Source: an uncultured Candidatus Saccharibacteria bacterium
Lineage (GTDB): Bacteria; Patescibacteriota; Minisyncoccia; Phycocordibacterales; CAIRYW01
Assembly (NCBI GenBank): GCA_964386665.1
Contig: CAYLQP010000002.1
Coordinates: 64,105 to 128,104 of the forward strand
Reading direction: 5' to 3'
DNA length: 64,000 nt
The translations under genes were made by a program, and so were the position numbers. How positions within the stretch are numbered: the first letter of the stretch is position 1; the number at the start of each line of letters is the position of its first letter. Of this stretch, positions 49,659 to 57,576 are shown in pieces. Under the pieces are notes generated by a model. That model was given only the letters and a program-made list of their open reading frames with translations. It made no database searches and was not told the DNA's origin.

Positions 49659-50737
49659 AATGCTTTGTTCCAACTATGTACTAATATTTTGAAGTATTCT
49701 TCTTTGGTTAAAAGTGTATGTAAGCTCCTTTCTAATTCTTCTTGTCTAAAAGGAAATTTTAATGTCTTTTCAAGAGTTTTAGCGAAATCAGGTATAGAAA
49801 AACCTGGAGACACAAACCCATTAACCCCGTCTTGTATAAATTCATATGCACATCCAACAGGAGTCATACACACGGGGGTACCTGACATCACACTTTCAAC
49901 TGCTGTCATTGCATATCCTTCATAATCACTTGAAATAACAAAAGCAGATGCCTGAGACATAACCTCAAAAGGATTATTTTGAAAAGGAAAGATAGCAATT
50001 CTTTCTTTGTAAGCACTCTTAGAAATACGCTTTGTTATCTGTGTCTTCAAACTCCCTTCCCCAAAAATCTCAAGACGCAACTCAGGTAATCGAGATGCAA
50101 GAATCTCAAAACTTGCAATAAGACGTTCGAAGTTTTTTACCTTTTCAAAACGTCCAACAAACACAATTTTGTTTTGTTTTTTTGAGATTAACATCTCTTC
50201 TGACCTTGCCACAAAAACAGGTGCAACAAAAACAAGTTCTTCGTTGATGCGCAACACAGAGACCAGAAACTCTTTTATATGTTTTGATACTACTCGAATA
50301 CTTTTTGCTTTCTTTAAAACAAAAGGAGCAATGATTGACTGCACTCTTTGTCGAAACGATTCTTGTTTGAAAAAAGAAGAGAAAAACTCTGTATGCACTT
50401 GTATATGTAATCTTAATCCGAAAATCCAAGATAGTGTCAAACAAATCAAACCGATTTCGAAGGGATCTTGACTACTTAACACAATCTCTTTTCTTGATTT
50501 ACTTTGACATTCAATTTTGATTACCCTACACAAAGCTATTATTTGTGAAAATTTATTTTTACCAAAAACAGGAACAACACGAAAATTTTTTTGCTCTATT
50601 TGTTCTTTTTTTGTATATGAAAAGACAAACACTGTATATGTTGAGACTAAGGAAGCGTATTCAGAAATACGCTTAAACGCCCTTGAAGATGGATCAAGTA
50701 AATGTCTATCAGAACCAATTGAAAATATATGTAACAT
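49655..50737 (-). CDS. GT4 glycosyltransferase
   Basis: VGRFE.VKN, S.YEGY.M..VE....G.P. Confidence 0.9.
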   Translation of the reverse strand: MLHIFSIGSDRHLLDPSSRAFKRISEYASLVSTYTVFVFSYTKKEQIEQKNFRVVPVFGKNKFSQIIALCRVIKIECQSKSRKEIVLSSQDPFEIGLICLTLSWIFGLRLHIQVHTEFFSSFFKQESFRQRVQSIIAPFVLKKAKSIRVVSKHIKEFLVSVLRINEELVFVAPVFVARSEEMLISKKQNKIVFVGRFEKVKNFERLIASFEILASRLPELRLEIFGEGSLKTQITKRISKSAYKERIAIFPFQNNPFEVMSQASAFVISSDYEGYAMTAVESVMSGTPVCMTPVGCAYEFIQDGVNGFVSPGFSIPDFAKTLEKTLKFPFRQEELERSLHTLLTKEEYFKILVHSWNKAL

Positions 50738-50795
50738 TGTATATCAGCTTATCCAGGCATTTTTAACAACACCATTATAACACAAAAATAATTAA

Positions 50796-50824
50796 TTGAC
50801 TGATTGAAAAAATTGTGCTATTTT
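50796..50824 (+). promoter_or_regulatory. Sigma70-type promoter
   Basis: TTGACT-17bp-(TGc)TATTTT, 9 nt before ATG 50834. Confidence 0.65.
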
Positions 50825-50833
50825 CGTATCAGT

Positions 50834-51016
50834 ATGAACAACTCACGAATATATATCATTGGTGGACTCATCGGCTTTTTGGTAGGAATGTGGCTGCTCT
50901 TGGGTCCAATGAGGAGACATGCGAATGATCTCCCGATTGCTGTTTTGATGACACCTGTAGCAATCGTCATTCTTCCAATTTTGGGAGCTTTGTTCCTTGG
51001 TTGGTGCAAGAAATAG
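50834..51016 (+). CDS. 60-aa two-TM orphan peptide
   Basis: MNNSRIYIIGGLIGFLVGMWLLLG...; own promoter; terminator at 51046-51074. Confidence 0.7.
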   Translation: MNNSRIYIIGGLIGFLVGMWLLLGPMRRHANDLPIAVLMTPVAIVILPILGALFLGWCKK

Positions 51017-51112
51017 CTCTAAAAAGCCAACCGCTAACCACACACCCGCAGGAAAATTATCTTGCGGTTTTTTTATTGGTCAAAAATATATTTATGTGGT
51101 ATAGTATGTATT

Positions 51113-51265
51113 ATGAAACTCGCTCTTTTTTACCTAGTGGTAGCGGTAGTGTTAATCACTACCGTAACCGTGTCAATCATGACACGGAGTCCAGTCCCAA
51201 CTCTCATTCTATTAGGTTCGGTCGCAAAAATACTCTGGCCGAAACAGACCCACCGCTTTCACTAA
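51113..51265 (+). CDS. 50-aa hydrophobic orphan peptide
   Basis: MKLALFYLVVAVVLITTVTVSIM...; TGgTATAGT 7 nt upstream; stop overlaps terminator ACCGCTT/AAGCGGT-T6. Confidence 0.7.
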   Translation: MKLALFYLVVAVVLITTVTVSIMTRSPVPTLILLGSVAKILWPKQTHRFH

Positions 51266-51339
51266 GCGGTTTTTTTATTTCACAAAAACTAAAAGTAATT
51301 TATTGACATTTTATAAAAAAATAGTATAGTTTTAATCCT

Positions 51340-51612
51340 ATGACTACCGCGAAGTTCTTTTGTAAACTTGCAACCTCAGTGTGGCTAGGCATTTTGGGTT
51401 TACTCTTAGGAGCTCTTTTTCAGAGCACGAGTGATAACCCGAGTATGGCTTCGGCTGAAAATTTAGCCGGCATTAATCTAGGAACACTCTCCGGACTCAT
51501 CCTTGGCTGGTTTTTGGGCGGATTCCTCCGCAAAAAATACCTCCTCTGGCGACATCCATGCGGTGGAGGCCAAGAAGATGCAGAGACAGTTTGGCCTTGG
51601 TGGCCACAATAA
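51340..51612 (+). CDS. 90-aa two-TM Gly-rich orphan protein
   Basis: TTGACA-16-TATAGT promoter; GxxxG helices; terminator CCAGTC/GACTGG-T7 right after the stop. Confidence 0.72.
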   Translation: MTTAKFFCKLATSVWLGILGLLLGALFQSTSDNPSMASAENLAGINLGTLSGLILGWFLGGFLRKKYLLWRHPCGGGQEDAETVWPWWPQ

Positions 51613-51634
51613 CCCAGTCGTTTGACTGGTTTTT

Positions 51635-52945
51635 TTATACCTCTCTCTTTTGTACCAATACTTCTGAAATCTTCGTCACACCCCCTGCACCCATTGTGAT
51701 AACCAGATCCCCTTTTTGAGCTCGTTGTGTTACATAATCAACTGCGCTTTGTGGTGAGTCCTCATAGACTGCTTTTGTGTTTGTTATTCCCTCCACCAAC
51801 ATCTGCGAAGAAATAGAAGGGTCGAACGCTTCTCGTGCGGGGTAAATTGGAAGGATTACCACCTCAGTTGCATCCTTGAAACTCTCTACAAAATCAGTGA
51901 ACAAAAGTTTCGTTCGACTAAATAAATGTGGTTCAAAAATCACAAACACCTTTCCTTCATTACAAAGTTCTCTCGCACCTTGAAGGGTTGCTTTGATTTC
52001 TGTTGGGTGATGCGCATAATCGTCATACACCTTTGCTCCCTCTGGAGTTTCTCCTTTATATTCAAACCGTCGCCAAGTACCCGTGAATTCAGTTAGAGCC
52101 TTAAAGGAAATGTCTTCTTCTACTTCAAGTAATTTGGAAACACCAAGACACAGAGATGCGTTTGATCTATTATGAAGTCCTTTTACTTGAAGCTGAGGTA
52201 CCAGAGAAAGAAACTCTGATGCATCAATAATTGTCGCTTCTACTCCAACGAGCGTTTTTTCTACCTTTTCATCTTGCTTGAAGCAAATGATGAAACCATC
52301 TTTTGGAACTTTTTTTAAGAATTGATTGAAGCTTTCGATAATCGCATCGATACTCCCATAAAAATCGAGATGATCATTATCAATATTTGTTACAATGGCA
52401 ATAAATGGATGAAGCTCCAAAAACGATTTCTCATATTCACAGGCTTCAACTACAAACAGATCACTTTTGCCTTCTATGTAATTACTCTTGTATTTAGAAA
52501 GAAGCGAACCAACTACAACAGTTGGATCTTTTTTTGCATTAAGCAAGACCTCTGCAATCATTGCAGTTGTGGTGGTTTTGCCGTGAGTTCCTGCAATTGC
52601 GATTGTTTTCTTTTGTTTTGAAATAAGTCCTAACACTTCTGGATATGACAAAACGTTTGTGAACCTTGCTTTCACCTCAGTTAAAAACTCTTTTGCAAAA
52701 TCCCTAATAGCTACAGTGTATACCACCAAGTCTGTATCAGGAGCTATGTCTTCTATGTTTTGACCAATTACAATATGAACGCCGATTTTACGAAGTTCTT
52801 CTGTGATGAGAGATTCACCTGTATCTGAGCCAGAGACCTGAGCGCCTGAAGCCTTAAACATCCGGGCAAGAGCAGAAACACCAATTCCCCCAATACCTAA
52901 GAGATATACCTTTTTTATGTCATTTACATTTAAACTCATATCCAT
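51635..52945 (-). CDS. murC: UDP-N-acetylmuramate--L-alanine ligase
   Basis: GIGGIGVSALA, AGTHGKTTTT, EACE, RRFE, DDYAHHPTEI, MGAG. Confidence 0.95.
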   Translation of the reverse strand: MDMSLNVNDIKKVYLLGIGGIGVSALARMFKASGAQVSGSDTGESLITEELRKIGVHIVIGQNIEDIAPDTDLVVYTVAIRDFAKEFLTEVKARFTNVLSYPEVLGLISKQKKTIAIAGTHGKTTTTAMIAEVLLNAKKDPTVVVGSLLSKYKSNYIEGKSDLFVVEACEYEKSFLELHPFIAIVTNIDNDHLDFYGSIDAIIESFNQFLKKVPKDGFIICFKQDEKVEKTLVGVEATIIDASEFLSLVPQLQVKGLHNRSNASLCLGVSKLLEVEEDISFKALTEFTGTWRRFEYKGETPEGAKVYDDYAHHPTEIKATLQGARELCNEGKVFVIFEPHLFSRTKLLFTDFVESFKDATEVVILPIYPAREAFDPSISSQMLVEGITNTKAVYEDSPQSAVDYVTQRAQKGDLVITMGAGGVTKISEVLVQKREV

Positions 52946-53029
52946 ATAATATCACCAAAATACCCTCTATTTCATTGACATTATAATAATAATCTGATAT
53001 TTTCAAGTTCGGCAATAAAGCCCTTTCAT

Positions 53030-53302
53030 ATGATCAAAGCAACCGTGTACATAAAACTCTCAGACGAAAGCACACTGAATAAGGAGGTATTCTTCGGATT
53101 CGTACAGATCGGAAATCGTTTTCTTCCAGCTGGACTCAACGAGAGTGAGCATGGCGACCTCCTGATCACCAAAATACAACACGATGAGCAAGTGCTTAAG
53201 AGCAAAGATGATTGTTGTGGAGTCTTCGTGTGGGTAGATGGAAAACACCTTGATGTTGACTCTGCTTTGCCAGCTCTTACAACAGCTGGTTGGCAAAATT
53301 AA
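53030..53302 (+). CDS. 90-aa orphan protein
   Basis: TTGACA-17-TATTTT promoter (52975-53003); terminator CAGTATCTA/TAGGTACTG-T8 at 53310-53339. Confidence 0.7.
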   Translation: MIKATVYIKLSDESTLNKEVFFGFVQIGNRFLPAGLNESEHGDLLITKIQHDEQVLKSKDDCCGVFVWVDGKHLDVDSALPALTTAGWQN

Positions 53303-53337
53303 CTACGTTCAGTATCTAATCCTAGGTACTGTTTTTT

Positions 53338-53862
53338 TTATTTTTTCTCAAACACCAGCAATGCTTCGATAATATAGTTTCCACTCTTCATTTTAAAAAA
53401 ATCCTCTTTTATCCTTTTCCCTGTATCAACAAAACCGTATTTCTTATAAAAATTAATTGCCTTTTTATTGTACTCAGCAACAAAAACAGTTATCTGTTTT
53501 TCTCTTGTAAACCAACTAAACACTTTGCTTAAAAATAACGAACCAATTCCTTGTCTTTGAAATTTGGAATCTATATACAAAGCAGTTACGGTATTCTCTC
53601 TTTTTTTCTTTGTGGCAACACAAAATCCAACAACAAGACCCTTAGACTTTGCAACCAAAATTAATTCATCTTGTTTTTTGTTTGTTATATTTTTTTGCCA
53701 ATTACTCACCTTTTTATCCATATCAGAAAAACGAAATTTTATATCATCTTTGGTGATGCCTACTTTTTTGTTCGGATACGTTTTCATCCATACTTCTTTT
53801 TGTAAGAAAGCAAGTTCTTTTGCATCTTTTGGTTTTGCATTAACAATTTTGATATCTTTCAT
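53338..53862 (-). CDS. GNAT-family N-acetyltransferase
   Basis: LYID..FQRQGIG, N..AI.FY.K.GF. Confidence 0.9.
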   Translation of the reverse strand: MKDIKIVNAKPKDAKELAFLQKEVWMKTYPNKKVGITKDDIKFRFSDMDKKVSNWQKNITNKKQDELILVAKSKGLVVGFCVATKKKRENTVTALYIDSKFQRQGIGSLFLSKVFSWFTREKQITVFVAEYNKKAINFYKKYGFVDTGKRIKEDFFKMKSGNYIIEALLVFEKK

Positions 53863-53870
53863 ATATTTAT

Positions 53871-53926
53871 ATTATCCACTATCTTCAAAAACAAATCATT
53901 CCTCTCATATTTATTGTTAAACACTC
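53871..53926 (-). repeat. Degenerate duplicate of the murD 3' end (partner at 54929-54984)
   Basis: 33-bp exact core CACTATCTTCAAAAACAAATCATTCCTCTCATA at 53877-53909 and 54935-54967. Confidence 0.9.
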
Positions 53927-53960
53927 TAACAAATAAAGAAGGTCTGGATTCCCCTAAAAA

Positions 53961-54863
53961 TTAATTTTGTTTTGCAACATAATTACCTTCTATTAAGTCA
54001 AGAATTCCCTGCCTCTCTCTAAACCTAGTCTCTCTAACATAAATATTATTTTTGATTGCATCTGCATATCTTTTTTCAGCATCGCCCATTAATTTAAGCC
54101 GGTCTTCTACAATAATAGGAGTAATTATTGGAACACCTTTATCAGAAATTTTGGTATTCACAATTTCCATTACTCCCTTTAATGCAAGATTATCACCCTC
54201 AGTAACATCAGATTCTGTTTCTTTTAGAATACTTCTTATGTTTTCTATTTCATCGGGAGAAAAAGTAAGATCATCTCCTACATACTCCTTATAAAAAGTC
54301 CCAACAAACATCAACCAAGACCTAAGCATATGATAAGAATTGGTGATTATTTTTATCTCTTTTAAATCTCCAACTTCTGCATGATTTTCTCTTACCCAAT
54401 TTAATATAGACTGAGCATTACCTAAGGTAGATTTTCCTGACGATAAATCAGACACCGCACTTTCATCGAAACCAAAATTTGATAAAAGTTTATCTTTCGC
54501 TGCTGTTGCCCTAGAAATAGATCTAGGGGCATCTGGATTAGATCTGATATACTCCATACCTCCGGTTGTAAGAAAATGAACCGGCCTTGATTGATTCCTA
54601 AGAGATTCAAGTTCTTTTTGTGCAACGAGCATTCTAGAATCTCCACCTGACACCTCAAAATTATCAAGCAGATCAGACCTACCACTTACGTCTACATTTT
54701 TAAAACCCATATCTTTTTTTTCAGTATCACTAACCAGAGGAAATCTAGGTACAATTTCTTCACCTCTATATTGCATTACTCCACCAAGTATTACTACAAT
54801 GTCTTTTTTTTGAGATTCTGACTCATAATCATCAAACGAGTTCTCTTTCTTTTCGTATGGCAT
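53961..54863 (-). CDS. DUF218/YdcF-like protein
   Basis: IVVILGG, TTGG, ST.GNA, IITNSYHMLRS. Confidence 0.7.
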   Translation of the reverse strand: MPYEKKENSFDDYESESQKKDIVVILGGVMQYRGEEIVPRFPLVSDTEKKDMGFKNVDVSGRSDLLDNFEVSGGDSRMLVAQKELESLRNQSRPVHFLTTGGMEYIRSNPDAPRSISRATAAKDKLLSNFGFDESAVSDLSSGKSTLGNAQSILNWVRENHAEVGDLKEIKIITNSYHMLRSWLMFVGTFYKEYVGDDLTFSPDEIENIRSILKETESDVTEGDNLALKGVMEIVNTKISDKGVPIITPIIVEDRLKLMGDAEKRYADAIKNNIYVRETRFRERQGILDLIEGNYVAKQN

Positions 54864-54922
54864 AGCATTATTATAACAAATTAATTTTATATTACATTTT
54901 TCGAAACCTTATATATCATGCC

Positions 54923-56239
54923 CTATAGATTATTCACTATCTTCAAAAACAAATCATTCCTCTCATACTCATTATTAAACATTCCAAATGATGCAAACAT
55001 TGGACTAAAGAGCAGATTGTCTCCTGCCACACAACACTCCAACGCTTTCTTGATACCTTCTTCAAGAGAATCTACTTCTACAAATTCTTTAAGTAACGGT
55101 TTAAGCTTTTCACTTCCAGTCCCTTTTAGAAGGATGACTTTTTTACAAGTTTCATTCATTTGCATTGCAACTTCTTCAAGTGATACGTTTTTGTCTGCCC
55201 CACCACACAGAAGCACTGTATGTTTTCCCCCTGATTCTTGAAGTGATACGAGCGCAGCGGATGTTGCCTGCGGAGTTGTTGCGTTGTTATCATTCCAAAT
55301 TTTGACTCCACCGACTTCTTTCACAAACTGAAGTCGTCCTTCTACCCCATTGAAGCTTTCTACCCCTTCTTTGATTTTTTCTTCACTTATGTGAAGCACT
55401 CGACACGCTTCAATTGCACAAGAAATATTGAGCAGATTATGAACGCCTATTATTTTGGGTTTCCAATCTTTCGGAACATTTGAAACACAGGCTTTTAGCC
55501 TTTTGCTTTTAGTATCGAGCTTTGGCTCATCGAGTCCTTCACCAAAAACAAGAAAATCATTTTCATTTTGGAACTTAAAAATATTTGCCTTATCTTCAAA
55601 ATACTTCTCCATATCTCCTTCATAATAGTTCATATGATCAGACATAAAGGTTGTAAACACTGCGATATGTGGTGAAATCTTACTTTCTCCGAACCCCTGC
55701 AACTGCCAAGAATCTAATTCTAAAACGAGCATATCCCCACTTTTAATTTCTTGAACTATGGGCAAAGTTGCCATATCACGCACATTACCACCTACAAATA
55801 CTGTTTTTCCTGCTTGCCGCAATATATGTGCAATGAGATGCGTTGTTGTTGATTTCCCCCTTGTGCCTGTTATTCCGATAGTAACAACTCCTTCTGGTAA
55901 CAGTTTTACACAAAGAGACGAATCCATTTCAATTGGAATTCCTTTTTCTTTTGCGTAAGCAATGAATGGAGAATCAAGCGGTACTCCCGCTCCCTTTAAG
56001 ATAAAATCTCTGCCTTCAAAATCTTCCAATCGATGTTCTCCAAGCCTGAGCATTAACGTATTAAAACCCTTTAATTTTTCTACTGATGACGCCAAATCCT
56101 CGGCGCGTTTTTTGTCAGTAACAATCAAATTATCTACCCCTTTTTGAAGCATAAATAATGCATCATAAAGCCCCCGACCCAAAAGTCCGAGTCCGAGTTG
56201 TGTTACTTTTTTGTTTTCGAAAAATTCTTTATAATTCAT
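54923..56239 (-). CDS. murD: UDP-N-acetylmuramoyl-L-alanine--D-glutamate ligase
   Basis: ITGTRGKSTTT, GGN, LELDSWQL, DHMNY, NDNNATTP, LFSP.FASF..F.NEYER. Confidence 0.95.
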   Translation of the reverse strand: MNYKEFFENKKVTQLGLGLLGRGLYDALFMLQKGVDNLIVTDKKRAEDLASSVEKLKGFNTLMLRLGEHRLEDFEGRDFILKGAGVPLDSPFIAYAKEKGIPIEMDSSLCVKLLPEGVVTIGITGTRGKSTTTHLIAHILRQAGKTVFVGGNVRDMATLPIVQEIKSGDMLVLELDSWQLQGFGESKISPHIAVFTTFMSDHMNYYEGDMEKYFEDKANIFKFQNENDFLVFGEGLDEPKLDTKSKRLKACVSNVPKDWKPKIIGVHNLLNISCAIEACRVLHISEEKIKEGVESFNGVEGRLQFVKEVGGVKIWNDNNATTPQATSAALVSLQESGGKHTVLLCGGADKNVSLEEVAMQMNETCKKVILLKGTGSEKLKPLLKEFVEVDSLEEGIKKALECCVAGDNLLFSPMFASFGMFNNEYERNDLFLKIVNNL

Positions 56240-56248
56240 AATTTGATA

Positions 56249-57427
56249 TTACATATTCTCAAAAATATTTTTCATCTCCTTTACAATGATCTCCCAATCG
56301 TACTTTTCTTTAACCATCTCAAACCCATTGCGTTTTATCTTTGAATAAAGTTCTGTATCTTTCACAAGACGCATTACCCCCTCTGCAATGCTTTCTGGGT
56401 TTCGAACCTCTACAAATACCCCTGTTTCTCCATCACGGATAAAATCAACAATACCACCCACTTCTGTTGCAACACAAGGAAGCCCTGCCGCCATCGCTTC
56501 CACATATGAGTTACCAAACCCTTCTGAAATAGGGGTACGAATAAACATATCTGATGCTCTAAATAAAGCCGGCATTTCATTGTGTGATACGTGCCCAAGC
56601 CACACAATCCTCTGTTCTACCCCAAGAACTCTTGCCTGCATCTTTAAAGACTCTTCCATATATCCACGGCCTGCAATTACAAACTTCATATTATCTGGCA
56701 AAAACTTCAAAGCTGAGATTACATCTTCAACTGCATTTTTTGATACAAGTCGCGAAGTAGTAATAAGGACAATATCCCCATCTTTTTTTTGTAATTTTTC
56801 TTTTGCTTTCGAAAGCTCATCTTCAGAAACCTCTCTTGTAAACTTCTTTATATCTACCGCATTTGGAACAACAAACACAGGTCCCTTTGCTCCCATATCG
56901 CGACCAAAATCAGCAAGATATTTTGAAATAGTTTGGATACAGTCGGCTTTAGTAAAAATAAGTTTAAATAAAGGCCAGACAGGAAGTGCTCGTTTCTTGA
57001 TATATGGAATCGGATCTCCTTCTTGAAGAGTCAAAAGAAACTTAACTTGAGGAAAAATAATTTTTACAAAAAGAGCGGCGAACGAATTGTATGTTGCCAT
57101 CATACTCCACAAAACACTATAGTGATGTTTTCGAGATAATGAAACTGCTTTAAAAAAACCAGTCAAAGGCATCATATATTTATTTAAGTTCACCCAAAAT
57201 GGAATATGAGTTGGATCAATACGTTTTGATGAAGCCCAACCCACTCGATAGACAGTCACATTTCCAATCCTTTCAAAAGTAGGTACACATTTAGAAAGCC
57301 TCAGTGTTATGAGATCAAATTCAAACTCATCCCCTATCCGGTCTGTAATCTCTTTAATTGCCACCTCAGCTCCTCCAATAAATTCAGGGTAATACACGAG
57401 CGAAAATATAAGAATACGTTTCTTCAT
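56249..57427 (-). CDS. GT4 glycosyltransferase
   Basis: GGAEVA, SRLV.KN, EGFGNS.VEAMAAGLP. Confidence 0.92.
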   Translation of the reverse strand: MKKRILIFSLVYYPEFIGGAEVAIKEITDRIGDEFEFDLITLRLSKCVPTFERIGNVTVYRVGWASSKRIDPTHIPFWVNLNKYMMPLTGFFKAVSLSRKHHYSVLWSMMATYNSFAALFVKIIFPQVKFLLTLQEGDPIPYIKKRALPVWPLFKLIFTKADCIQTISKYLADFGRDMGAKGPVFVVPNAVDIKKFTREVSEDELSKAKEKLQKKDGDIVLITTSRLVSKNAVEDVISALKFLPDNMKFVIAGRGYMEESLKMQARVLGVEQRIVWLGHVSHNEMPALFRASDMFIRTPISEGFGNSYVEAMAAGLPCVATEVGGIVDFIRDGETGVFVEVRNPESIAEGVMRLVKDTELYSKIKRNGFEMVKEKYDWEIIVKEMKNIFENM

Positions 57428-57437
57428 ACTCCTCATA

Positions 57438-57575
57438 CTACTCCAAAATCTCCTCAATCTCAAATAACTGTGCTTCTTTGGCGACTTCAGTTAAACGCTC
57501 TTTTTCAGCAAGCAAAAGAAACCATGACGCCGTAGCACCGAGTATAATGAGCAAAATTGTAAGTCCTAAAAACAT
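57438..57575 (-). CDS. 45-aa single-TM peptide (not in ORF track)
   Basis: MFLGLTILLIILGATASWFLLLAEKERLTEVAKEAQLFEIEEILE*; fills the gap between the ATPase and GT4 genes. Confidence 0.6.
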   Translation of the reverse strand: MFLGLTILLIILGATASWFLLLAEKERLTEVAKEAQLFEIEEILE

Positions 57576-57576
57576 A

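Noticed and set aside
56388-57026. Long antisense ORFs in the track (also 10846-11331, 22808-23296, 24332-24787, 24739-24960)
   Set aside because: They are shadows of well-supported genes on the opposite strand and carry no motifs.
33220-57427. Homopolymer A/T tracts as phase-variation switches in glycosyltransferases
   Set aside because: Runs of 7-9 A/T are expected at this AT content and all frames are intact.
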